From IMG/VR virus record IMGVR_UViG_3300031951_000060, positions 36,598-100,597 of that record: DNA of 64,000 nucleotides; one strand, written 5' to 3'. The DNA is from a virus. A model generated the notes under the pieces. The model saw only the letters and a program-made list of their open reading frames with translations. It did no database searches and was not told where the DNA came from. Shown piece after piece: positions 29,464-38,135 of this stretch; position 1 is the first letter of the stretch, and each line of letters starts with the position of its first letter. Position numbers and translations under genes: made by a program.

Positions 29464-31225
29464 TTTTTTAGAGGCTCTTGCTGACAATCATTTTGAAGAA
29501 ACTCCAGTTGATGCAAAGACGTTCGTTGAATCTTCAGACTATCTAGGTCAGCCAGGGTTGTCTACAATTCAATATGACATTGTTGAGGCAATGAGTCAAA
29601 TATATCGTAAAGAAGATTTACAACAATTAATGGGAGAAGAGGATGGTGCAAAGTATTATGAAAAATACACAAAGAACGAAATTATTCTTCAACTTGGGAA
29701 GGGTAGTGGGAAGGACTTCACCTCTACTGTTGCTTGTGCTTATATTGTCTATAAGTTATTATGTCTTAAAGACCCTGCAAGATATTTCGGAAAACCAAGT
29801 GGAGATGCAATAGATCTAATCAATGTTGCTATTAACGCACAACAGGCTAAAAATGTTTTCTTTAAAGGCTTTAAGTCTAAGATTGAACGGTCTCCGTGGT
29901 TTGCTGGAAAGTATGAGGCAAAAGTAGACTCGATAAGTTTTGATAAATCAATCACAGTTTATTCTGGACACTCAGAGCGTGAGTCTCATGAGGGTTTGAA
30001 TCTTTTGCTTGCAGTTCTTGATGAGATTTCTGGATTTGCTACTGAAGTCGGAACTGGAAATGAGCAGGGAAAGACTGCAGACAACATCTATAAAGCATTC
30101 CGTGGATCAGTAGACTCTCGTTTCCCAGACCTTGGCAAGGTAGTTCTTCTATCGTTTCCCCGCTATAACGGTGACTTTATTTCTGAGCGGTATGAAGCAG
30201 TAATTGCTGATAAAGAAGTAGTTACAAAAACACATAGGTTTATTATTAACCCCTTGTTGCCAGAAGATGATAAGGATAATTGGTTTGAGATATCTTGGGA
30301 TGAAGACCATATTCAATCTTATAAATATCCTGGAGTTTTCGCACTTAAAAGGCCAACATGGGAAGTAAATCCTACTCGTAAGATTGATGATTTTAAAATT
30401 GCTTTTATGACAGATCTTGGCGATGCTATGATGCGTTTTGCCTGTGTTCCAACATTTGCGTCTGATGCATTCTTTAAACAAGCAGACAAAGTAAGAGCAT
30501 GTATGACATTAAGAAATCCATTAGATTTATTTAGAAGATTTGAAGAAAATTTTAAGCCAGATCCAGAAAAGGTTTATTATGTTCACGCTGACCTTGCACA
30601 AAAACACGACAAGTGTGCGATTGCAATTGCACATGTTGAAAAATGGGTAAATGTTCAAGTAATTAAAGATTATGAACAGATATCTCCAATAGTTGTTGTA
30701 GATGCCGTTGCGTGGTGGGAGCCTAAAGTAGAGGGTCCAGTTAACCTATCTGAAGTAAAACAATGGATACAAAATTTAAGAAGGGTTGGCTTTAATATAG
30801 GCCTAGTAACATTTGACCGATGGCAATCATTTGATATTCAAAACGAATTGCAGGCGGTGGGTATAAAAACAGAAACAGTATCAGTAGCCAAAAAACATTA
30901 TGAAGATATGGCGATGTTGGTATATGAACAAAGACTTGCAATGCCTGCAATTGAGTTATTGTTTGAAGAACTTACTGAATTAAAAATAATGAAAAATGAT
31001 AGGGTGGACCATCCTCGTAAAAAATCTAAGGACCTCGCAGACGCTGTATGTGGTTCTATTTTTGGTGCTATTTCTCATACACCCAGAGATCAAAACCTTG
31101 AAGTTGAGGTTCATACTTATCGTGGACAGCCCCGTAGAGTTGACACGCTCCCTGAGAACGTGATACAATATAAACCTATTCCGAAAGAAGTCGAAGACTA
31201 TTTGGGTAGATTTAATTTACTATAA
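29444..31225 (+). CDS. terL: Terminase large subunit
   Basis: GKGSGKD Walker A, VLDE Walker B, nuclease HADLA/FDRW/KDLADA. Confidence 0.9.
   Translation: MSTMFNDFLEALADNHFEETPVDAKTFVESSDYLGQPGLSTIQYDIVEAMSQIYRKEDLQQLMGEEDGAKYYEKYTKNEIILQLGKGSGKDFTSTVACAYIVYKLLCLKDPARYFGKPSGDAIDLINVAINAQQAKNVFFKGFKSKIERSPWFAGKYEAKVDSISFDKSITVYSGHSERESHEGLNLLLAVLDEISGFATEVGTGNEQGKTADNIYKAFRGSVDSRFPDLGKVVLLSFPRYNGDFISERYEAVIADKEVVTKTHRFIINPLLPEDDKDNWFEISWDEDHIQSYKYPGVFALKRPTWEVNPTRKIDDFKIAFMTDLGDAMMRFACVPTFASDAFFKQADKVRACMTLRNPLDLFRRFEENFKPDPEKVYYVHADLAQKHDKCAIAIAHVEKWVNVQVIKDYEQISPIVVVDAVAWWEPKVEGPVNLSEVKQWIQNLRRVGFNIGLVTFDRWQSFDIQNELQAVGIKTETVSVAKKHYEDMAMLVYEQRLAMPAIELLFEELTELKIMKNDRVDHPRKKSKDLADAVCGSIFGAISHTPRDQNLEVEVHTYRGQPRRVDTLPENVIQYKPIPKEVEDYLGRFNLL
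31140..31169 (+). promoter_or_regulatory. Promoter for surface protein gene
   Basis: TTGACA-18-TACAAT with TGn. Confidence 0.6.
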
Positions 31226-31254
31226 AAAACAAAATGAATAACAAAGGAGAAAAA

Positions 31255-32382
31255 ATGAATTCATTTAAGAAGATCGCTCTTGGCATGGTTGCAGCCATGA
31301 CACTGAGCACACTCGTAGTGACACCTGCAAGTGCCAATACCGTTTCTGTAGACGTAACAACAGAAATTTCTGGCGCAGGTACTGCAGCCTCACCATTCAC
31401 AGTTAAGGTTCCATCTGATAACGTAGTAAGCGTTGCAGATACCTCAACTGTTACAAACAACGAAGCACTTCTTATCACCGCTACAGTTGTTGCTGGAACA
31501 CCAGTAACATTTACTGCAGTTGGTGCTGGAACACGCCTCGTCTCTGCAATTGGTTCAACAGTTAATGCATCTGCTGGATCATCATCAATCACAGTCACAC
31601 CTGCTTCAACAACAGCGACTGTATATGCATATACAACAACTACTGCTGCATCTGCGGTTACAGTTTCTGTAACTGGTGCAAGCACAACAATTTATCTTAA
31701 GGGTGTTGCAGGTCCTGCATATGAACTTAAGATGTCAATCCCTGCTTCAGGAAATATTTCTGGCAAGGTAACTGCAACTCTTGATGTAGCAGATATTTTC
31801 GGCAACGCTGTTGCTGATACAGTAACTGTTACTACTCTTGGTGGCGCAACTGCTGGAACTGTAACTGCTGATGCTCTTGTAACAGGTCGTTACACATCAG
31901 AGATTTCGCTTCCTGCTGCTGCTGGAACTGTTGCTGTTGGAGCATCTATTGTTGCACCAACCTCTGTTCCAACAATTAAGTTGGCAACAACTTCTCAGAC
32001 TGCAATCGTAACAGTATCTGATCTTGCAACTGCACTTGCTGCAGAACGAGCAGGTCGTGCTGCTGATAAGGCTGCTGCTGATCAAGCACTCTCTGCTGCT
32101 CTAGCAAAGGCTGCTGCTGATGCTGCAACTGCTAAGGCTGCTGCTGATGCTGCTGCTATTACTGCTGCTGCTGAAATTGCTAAGTTGAAGGCTGATGCTG
32201 TAACTGCTAAGGTTGCTGCAGATAAGGCTCTCGCTGATGCACAGGCTGCTGCTAAGGCAGAACTTGATAAGGTCAAGGCAGATAATGCTAAGGCTCTTGC
32301 TGACTTGAAGAAGGCTTTCAATGCACTCGCTAAGAAGTGGAATGCAAAGAATCCAAAGGCAAAGGTTACACTTGTTAAGTAA
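31255..32382 (+). CDS. Secreted Ala/Thr/Val-rich Ig-like surface (S-layer-like) protein
   Basis: Signal peptide MNSFKKIALGMVAA..ASA, beta-rich body, Ala coiled coil, basic C-terminus; RBS AAGGAG. Confidence 0.65.
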   Translation: MNSFKKIALGMVAAMTLSTLVVTPASANTVSVDVTTEISGAGTAASPFTVKVPSDNVVSVADTSTVTNNEALLITATVVAGTPVTFTAVGAGTRLVSAIGSTVNASAGSSSITVTPASTTATVYAYTTTTAASAVTVSVTGASTTIYLKGVAGPAYELKMSIPASGNISGKVTATLDVADIFGNAVADTVTVTTLGGATAGTVTADALVTGRYTSEISLPAAAGTVAVGASIVAPTSVPTIKLATTSQTAIVTVSDLATALAAERAGRAADKAAADQALSAALAKAAADAATAKAAADAAAITAAAEIAKLKADAVTAKVAADKALADAQAAAKAELDKVKADNAKALADLKKAFNALAKKWNAKNPKAKVTLVK

Positions 32383-32403
32383 TTAACTTAAATAGTGTTA
32401 AGA

Positions 32404-32440
32404 TAGGGGGAGAGGGGAAACCTTCTCCCTCTAACTATTT
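32404..32440 (+). terminator. Intrinsic terminator
   Basis: TAGGGGGAGAGGG-GAAA-CCTTCTCCCTCTA hairpin. Confidence 0.75.
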
Positions 32441-32446
32441 AAGGAA

Positions 32447-32872
32447 GTGATTAAATTGGTTAACCCAGTTCCAGGTAAAAAAATTACCACAAAGTATCGT
32501 ATTCCAGGAAAGCATTGGTCTTGCGGATATCACACTGGAGTAGACTATGCAGCACCTGCAGGTACAGAGGTTGTTGCTTGCAAAGGAGGCAAAGTTTTAG
32601 AAGCCAAAGACGGAGTATCTTTTGGTGGCTCGTATGGTCTCTCAGTTATTATAGATCATGGCAAAGGTATGAAAGCAGTATATGCACATCTATCAAAAAT
32701 TTCTGTAAAGTCTGGAGATAAAATAAAGGCTGGACAAAAAATAGGTGAGATTGGTTCAACAGGAAATAGTACTGGACCACATTTACATCTTGAAGTAAGA
32801 ACTTCTCCGTGGAGATATGCTAATAAAGACATTGATCCTGAAGTTATAATTAATTTTGAACCTAATGTTTAA
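32447..32872 (+). CDS. M23 family peptidoglycan endopeptidase
   Basis: HTGVD, YAHL, STGPHLHLE. Confidence 0.92.
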   Translation: MIKLVNPVPGKKITTKYRIPGKHWSCGYHTGVDYAAPAGTEVVACKGGKVLEAKDGVSFGGSYGLSVIIDHGKGMKAVYAHLSKISVKSGDKIKAGQKIGEIGSTGNSTGPHLHLEVRTSPWRYANKDIDPEVIINFEPNV

Positions 32873-32921
32873 ATAAAATGTTATAATAAGCCTATCAAGC
32901 ATTGCTTGCGGAGGTCAGGAG

Positions 32922-34553
32922 ATTAAAAAATTAATAAGAATATTGTCAGCGTCACTACTGGCTCTTGGCTTCAACTTATGGATTCCAGAAAACGCTAACG
33001 CAACCTGTGTAAATTTTATACAATCACAAACCATATCAGCAGCATATAATGGTGATGCCGAACCTACAGTGCATCATATGGATACTTGCTCAGGTGACGA
33101 TGTATCTTATCAAATACCAATTGCAACTACCGTGACTTTTGACGGGGTACAATATGAAAACATTTACGCTACAACTAACTCAGTAATTACCTTTGGTCAA
33201 CCTGATCCCACATACTGGGCATATCCTAATACACCATCTATCTCCCTATACTCAATGGACTGGTTTCCAGGAGTAAGCAATACATCTGGTTTGGATATAT
33301 ATTATTCAGAGGGCGGATTTCAATTAAATCTAAATATGGTCCCTTTTGGTAACTATGGGGCACAACCAAGTACAGTAAATATATTAGTGGCTATTACTAA
33401 TACTGGCGGTTTAGCGGTGTCCTATAGTTATCAAGGTCCTGAATATCAAAATCTTAGAACAGGGGTAAGGCTTCACAATGGAGATATTGTTTCTCTTGAG
33501 GCCTGGGGTGCCACACAGGTTTCTCCTAATTCACCTGCCCCTATATTGCAGGCAGAGCCTATTCCAGAGCCTTCCCCTACACCTACTCAGCAGCCATCTC
33601 CAGAACCCTCTCCAACGCCCACAGAAGCCCCTATAACGCCCGAAGAACAGCAAGAGCAGGTAGCAGAGGCAGCGCAACTCGCTAATGAAATATCAGACTT
33701 AAATAATCTTATTGCTTCGATAAATGGTGATGAACCAGCAGAAGAAGTTACTCCAGAACCAGACCCTACACCAACACCTGACTCTACAGAAGAACCAGAT
33801 TTACCTGAACCTGATGTTGAAGTTGATCCAGAGATTATTACTCCAGAGGATCCAAGATTCCCTGATGATGAGCAAACTGAACCAGAAGATCCTACTCCTT
33901 CTCCAAGCCCTGATACCACAGATGGTGGCAGCGAAGAGACTGATCCAACTCCAGAGCCTTCAGAAGAGCCAACATCTCAGCCAGAGGAAACAGATCAAGG
34001 TCAAGAGCCTGAACCTGAGCAACCTGTTGAGGAAGAGCCTATAGTGCCAGCACCAGATAATAATGACACAGATGATAGTAATCCAATTTCAGCAGATGAA
34101 CTTAATAAGTTAAATAAACTAATTGGACAAAACGATGCTAAGTTGGCTGCCGAATTATCAAACATGCTAACCGAATTATCTCCAAAAGAGGAAGAAGCAG
34201 TAGCAGAAAGTCTTGGAATTAAGGCAGAAGAAATAGCAATAATTGCAGAAGCAATTAAAGACAACCCAGCAATAGCAGTAGCATTTGTAGAGTTTGCGGG
34301 TAGAGCAGAAGAAAACGCAGATTTCCTAATGCCTTACACATTAGCGGATGCTATTACTGAAGTACAAACAGAAGCATTTTTAGCAGACCCACTTGGGGTA
34401 TTAACAGATATAGATTTTGAAACATTGCTAAGTCCTACAGAATGGGGTAAAGATATGACAGATGACCAAAGAGAAAAGGTTCAAGAGGTAGTTATTCCTG
34501 TCATTTTGGTAGGAAATATTGTTAGTTCGGTTATGTCACTAAGGAGGTTATAA
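32922..34553 (+). CDS. Exported Pro/Glu/Thr-rich protein with C-terminal membrane anchor
   Basis: Signal-like N-terminus, PEPSPTPT stalk, hydrophobic C-terminus; start uncertain (ATT 32922 vs TTG 32943). Confidence 0.65.
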   Translation: MKKLIRILSASLLALGFNLWIPENANATCVNFIQSQTISAAYNGDAEPTVHHMDTCSGDDVSYQIPIATTVTFDGVQYENIYATTNSVITFGQPDPTYWAYPNTPSISLYSMDWFPGVSNTSGLDIYYSEGGFQLNLNMVPFGNYGAQPSTVNILVAITNTGGLAVSYSYQGPEYQNLRTGVRLHNGDIVSLEAWGATQVSPNSPAPILQAEPIPEPSPTPTQQPSPEPSPTPTEAPITPEEQQEQVAEAAQLANEISDLNNLIASINGDEPAEEVTPEPDPTPTPDSTEEPDLPEPDVEVDPEIITPEDPRFPDDEQTEPEDPTPSPSPDTTDGGSEETDPTPEPSEEPTSQPEETDQGQEPEPEQPVEEEPIVPAPDNNDTDDSNPISADELNKLNKLIGQNDAKLAAELSNMLTELSPKEEEAVAESLGIKAEEIAIIAEAIKDNPAIAVAFVEFAGRAEENADFLMPYTLADAITEVQTEAFLADPLGVLTDIDFETLLSPTEWGKDMTDDQREKVQEVVIPVILVGNIVSSVMSLRRL

Positions 34554-34554
34554 T

Positions 34555-34764
34555 ATGAACATGATTAAGAAGGTACTTAAAGGACTCTTAAAGTGGTTTA
34601 AGGCTGCTATTATTGAGAGCATAGCCCAAGTATTTACTATCCTTGGCTTCTTTATTGCTTGGCTTACTCTTACAGGTACCGCCCAGCAGGTAGTGGGAAT
34701 AGCCACATTAATATCAATAGTCCTATGGCTTGTTACTATCCCGCTTCGTGAAGAGAAAGAATAA
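34555..34764 (+). CDS. Small two-TM membrane protein
   Basis: Two hydrophobic helices. Confidence 0.6.
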   Translation: MNMIKKVLKGLLKWFKAAIIESIAQVFTILGFFIAWLTLTGTAQQVVGIATLISIVLWLVTIPLREEKE

Positions 34765-34781
34765 CTTGGTATAATATAGAT

Positions 34782-34967
34782 ATGAAGATTCGTCATACTT
34801 TACTATCGTGTATACTTGTATTAGGCCTTGGTGGCTGTGGGTATGACGGTCATTATCGCTATCCATGCCAAGACCCAGCCAACTGGGAAAAGGCAGAATG
34901 TAACCCACCTATATGTGAGGCTACAGGAACTTGTACAAAAGACTTGATAGGAAAACAGGATGAGTAA
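34782..34967 (+). CDS. Small Cys-rich lipoprotein
   Basis: Lipobox LGGC; RYPCQDP..CNPPIC...C. Confidence 0.65.
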   Translation: MKIRHTLLSCILVLGLGGCGYDGHYRYPCQDPANWEKAECNPPICEATGTCTKDLIGKQDE

Positions 34968-35370
34968 AAAAGAAAGATTAACACCGCAGGATCTTGACGC
35001 ACGACTTAAGTTTATTCTTGGCATAACGCTTGGAACAATTTTATTAGCGACATCATTAGGAATTTTGTACGCTCTTATATTTGTAACCCAACCAATTGGA
35101 GCACAGTCAGAAAATGATAAGATGTTCTTCAATGTGTTGGGATCAGTAGCGACATTTATCACAGGAACACTTGCTGGTTTATTGATTGGACAAAGCGGTG
35201 CTAAAGATATTATGCAGGCACAGGTAGATAACAAAAAAGTAGATTCAGAAATTAGAATGGCAGAAGAAAAATTAGATGTAGAACTTGACGAAGTTAGAGC
35301 AAGACTTTCTGCCAAGCCAGATGGCGCAATGCCAGCAGAACAACCAGTAGATGAGGAATGGGATAAATAA
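34960..35370 (+). CDS. Two-TM membrane protein (holin-like position)
   Basis: Two TM helices + charged coiled coil; precedes endolysin. Confidence 0.55.
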   Translation: MSKKERLTPQDLDARLKFILGITLGTILLATSLGILYALIFVTQPIGAQSENDKMFFNVLGSVATFITGTLAGLLIGQSGAKDIMQAQVDNKKVDSEIRMAEEKLDVELDEVRARLSAKPDGAMPAEQPVDEEWDK

Positions 35371-35372
35371 TT

Positions 35373-36047
35373 ATGAAGGATGAATTTCCAGTACCACCAG
35401 AAACAGATAAGGCGCCAGCAGGAACGGCTGCTCGTTTAATACAAGTTGCAAAGTCTCAGGTAGGATATATTGAAGGCCCAAAGGATAATGAAACAAAGTA
35501 TGGGGCCTATACAAAGGCTAACTTTCAGCCATGGTGTGGATCTTTCGTAAATTGGTGTGCTAATGAGGCAGGCGTAAAAGTACCCAATACCGTTTACACC
35601 CCTGGGGGTGCTGCTGCATTTAAGAAAGCAGGGTCGTGGATTGATGGAGATTTAGCAGATCCAGAGCCAGGAGATATCGCCTATTTTGATTTCCCATCGG
35701 ACGGTGTCGATAGGATTAGTCACGTAGGAATTGTTATTGAGGACAACGAAGATGGAACAGTTTGGTGCATTGAAGGTAATACAACTGGAGATGGCAAAAA
35801 GGGAAGCCAAAGAAATGGCGGAGAAGCCTGTAAGAAACTCCGTGCATTTAAGAAAAACAAAAAAGGCGTACAAATATCAATAGTAGGATTTGGTCGTCCT
35901 AAATTTAAGGGATCTGGAGCAGTAAAATCTCAGGAGCCTGAAAAATCAAATAAAACTACTAAAAAGGTAAAACTATGTCCAACATGTGGACAAAATATGC
36001 CTAAAGGTTTGACAGGCGGAGGCGGTTCTGGTACACTTATTCAATAG
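35373..36047 (+). CDS. CHAP-domain endolysin
   Basis: QPWCGSFV, SHVGIV, IEGN. Confidence 0.85.
   Translation: MKDEFPVPPETDKAPAGTAARLIQVAKSQVGYIEGPKDNETKYGAYTKANFQPWCGSFVNWCANEAGVKVPNTVYTPGGAAAFKKAGSWIDGDLADPEPGDIAYFDFPSDGVDRISHVGIVIEDNEDGTVWCIEGNTTGDGKKGSQRNGGEACKKLRAFKKNKKGVQISIVGFGRPKFKGSGAVKSQEPEKSNKTTKKVKLCPTCGQNMPKGLTGGGGSGTLIQ
36009..36037 (+). promoter_or_regulatory. Sigma70-type promoter
   Basis: TTGACA-17-TACACT with TGn. Confidence 0.6.
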
Positions 36048-36064
36048 CACAGAAAGGCTATTCG

Positions 36065-36598
36065 ATGACCTGTATTGCAGTAGTTCGTGATAAAGTAAAT
36101 AATAAAATTTGGATGGCTGGCGATAGAGGCGTATCCGATGATAATACTATTAATGTATGCTCAAGTTCCAAGATATGGAAAAAAGACGGGTATTTATTTG
36201 GGTATGCTGGCTCTATGGATGGCGATAGGTTAAAGCATCTATTTGTTCCCCCAACATTTGATGGCAGGGGCAGCATAGACAAATTTATGTATAGTAAATT
36301 CCTTAAAGCACTTAGAAAATTTTATGAGGAGTGGTGGGTTGATACCTCATCGTCATCAGATTTTGGCATGCTGATTTGTGTCAGAGGTAAAATATATGAA
36401 CATAATGCAGGAGATATGTCTTTAACACAATATGATCAAGACTATTTAGCAATGGGTTCTGGTGGGGATTTAGCATTAGGCTCTTTATATTCAACACAAA
36501 AGCAAAAGGATGCAAGAAAAAGAGCAGTATTAGCAGTTAACGCTGCCCTTGCACATTCTATGTCTTGCAAAGGCCCTATTGACATTCTAAGCATTTAG
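36065..36598 (+). CDS. Ntn-hydrolase, proteasome beta/HslV-like protease
   Basis: N-terminal Thr (MTCIAV), AGDR, KI, GYAG, AMGSG. Confidence 0.8.
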   Translation: MTCIAVVRDKVNNKIWMAGDRGVSDDNTINVCSSSKIWKKDGYLFGYAGSMDGDRLKHLFVPPTFDGRGSIDKFMYSKFLKALRKFYEEWWVDTSSSSDFGMLICVRGKIYEHNAGDMSLTQYDQDYLAMGSGGDLALGSLYSTQKQKDARKRAVLAVNAALAHSMSCKGPIDILSI

Positions 36599-36607
36599 GG
36601 GTATACT
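36579..36607 (+). promoter_or_regulatory. Sigma70-type promoter, likely leaderless transcript
   Basis: TTGACA-17-TATACT, ATG 6 nt downstream. Confidence 0.7.
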
Positions 36608-36613
36608 AAATAT

Positions 36614-36817
36614 ATGAATCATATGGGTATGGAAGACTTGTCTCCAGACGAGCAAGAGTTTGGTATTTGGCTGCAAAGCGGTATTGAAAGAGGATGGATA
36701 AGCAATCCTTATTGTCACACGCACGACGGTGGCTATGAATACATGAGTGAAGAAGAATTGTCAGAGTGGGAAGATGGCGGAGACCCATGTGAGCATGTAG
36801 TTAGGATTTTTATATAA
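36614..36817 (+). CDS. Hypothetical protein
   Basis: C.THDG...GGDPC.HV motif. Confidence 0.6.
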   Translation: MNHMGMEDLSPDEQEFGIWLQSGIERGWISNPYCHTHDGGYEYMSEEELSEWEDGGDPCEHVVRIFI

Positions 36818-37815
36818 TGAAAAAACTTTTTGTTTTAGCAATTGCATTATTACTATTTCCTGTAAATGCTCATGCCACTGGAAATATAGTTGATGCTACT
36901 GGAAATATTTTTCTTGCTCCATTAAGATATCAAGAATTAAATACAAAATATGAAGATTGGGAAAATCCCCCATGTGGAGCATCGCTTATTACCCCACAAA
37001 TTGCAGTAACTGCTGCACACTGTGTTCTTTATGTTGGACAGGGTACTGGCTTTAAGAGCGGGGAAGTTTGGATTCAAGAGCCTGGCAAGAATAAGTCTAA
37101 TCAATCTGCAAATAGGGCTAAAGTTACTAAAATTATTTATCCAAAAGATCTGTCTGCAAATCAGTGGAAGGTCCCATACCACGATATTGCATTTTTAATT
37201 TTGTCTAAGCCATTAGTTGATAAAGTTCAGTTTGAAGTGGCAACTCTTGAAGAGGTTAGGTCATTAATTGATAACTCCTCAACATTATATGGATATGGTC
37301 ATTTTTTTGGAGATCTTTCAGCATTAGAGTCATGGAGAACAAGTTCTAATAAGTTTCCTCATGCTGATCCAAGAAGAGGTACTGTGACTGCTGTTAAAAA
37401 TGGTCCACACAATAAAGATATTTGGATAGGATTTCCATATACAATATATTATAAGGTACCACCATGCCGTGGTAATCATGGTTCTGGGACACCAATTACT
37501 GCAATAATTGATGGTAAGGAAAAATTAGTTGGTATTGAGGGGTCGTCTTCTGGATGGTCTTGCGATAATAATCCTTACTCTAACATTGTACGTGCTATGG
37601 TTGTGGCTAATTATTTAGAATTAATTAAAGATATTGTTGATAATACAAAGACAAATAGTGTTGAATCAGAAATTAAAAAAGAGAGTACAAATATAAAAAC
37701 AAATAAAGAAAAAATTGTTTTTGTTTGTCAAAATAAAAAAGGCAATAAGATAACATCATACAGGTATAGTGCAAACAATATTAAATGTCCTAGAGGTTAT
37801 TCTTTAATTAAATAA
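36817..37815 (+). CDS. Secreted trypsin-like serine protease
   Basis: Signal peptide; CGASLI, TAAHC, HDIA, HGSGTP. Confidence 0.8.
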   Translation: MKKLFVLAIALLLFPVNAHATGNIVDATGNIFLAPLRYQELNTKYEDWENPPCGASLITPQIAVTAAHCVLYVGQGTGFKSGEVWIQEPGKNKSNQSANRAKVTKIIYPKDLSANQWKVPYHDIAFLILSKPLVDKVQFEVATLEEVRSLIDNSSTLYGYGHFFGDLSALESWRTSSNKFPHADPRRGTVTAVKNGPHNKDIWIGFPYTIYYKVPPCRGNHGSGTPITAIIDGKEKLVGIEGSSSGWSCDNNPYSNIVRAMVVANYLELIKDIVDNTKTNSVESEIKKESTNIKTNKEKIVFVCQNKKGNKITSYRYSANNIKCPRGYSLIK

Positions 37816-37818
37816 CTA

Positions 37819-37890
37819 TGGTCTGTGGCGCAATGGCAGCGCAATCGGCTGTTAACCGATGGGTTGTAGGTTCGAATCCTACCAGACCAG
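37819..37890 (+). tRNA. tRNA-Asn (GTT)
   Basis: Acceptor TGGTCTG/CAGACCA, anticodon arm ATCGG-CTGTTAA-CCGAT, T-loop TTCGAAT. Confidence 0.93.
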
Positions 37891-37893
37891 CAA

Positions 37894-37967
37894 GGTCCGT
37901 TAGTTCAGTTGGTTAGAACGCTACCCTGTCACGGTAGAGGTCACGAGTTCAAGTCTCGTACGGATCG
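37894..37967 (+). tRNA. tRNA-Asp (GTC)
   Basis: GGTCCGT/ACGGATC, CTACC-CTGTCAC-GGTAG, TTCAAGT. Confidence 0.93.
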
Positions 37968-37971
37968 CTTT

Positions 37972-38043
37972 GGCACTATCGTCTATCGGTTAGGACATCG
38001 CCCTTTCACGGCGGAAAGACGGGTTCGATTCCCGTTAGTGCTA
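37972..38043 (+). tRNA. tRNA-Glu (TTC)
   Basis: GGCACTA/TAGTGCT, TCGCC-CTTTCAC-GGCGG, TTCGATT. Confidence 0.93.
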
Positions 38044-38044
38044 C

Positions 38045-38116
38045 GCCTTCGTAACTCAGTGGTAGAGTATCCGCCTTGTAAGCGGAAAGTCGTCAGTTCA
38101 ATCCTGACCGAAGGCT
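38045..38116 (+). tRNA. tRNA-Thr (TGT)
   Basis: GCCTTCG/CGAAGGC, TCCGC-CTTGTAA-GCGGA, TTCAATC. Confidence 0.93.
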
Positions 38117-38135
38117 CTGGTATAATGGAAAACAT

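Noticed and set aside
21157-31225. Inteins or introns in dnaE, recA, terL
   Set aside because: Proteins are of ordinary length and uninterrupted; no intein splice motifs seen
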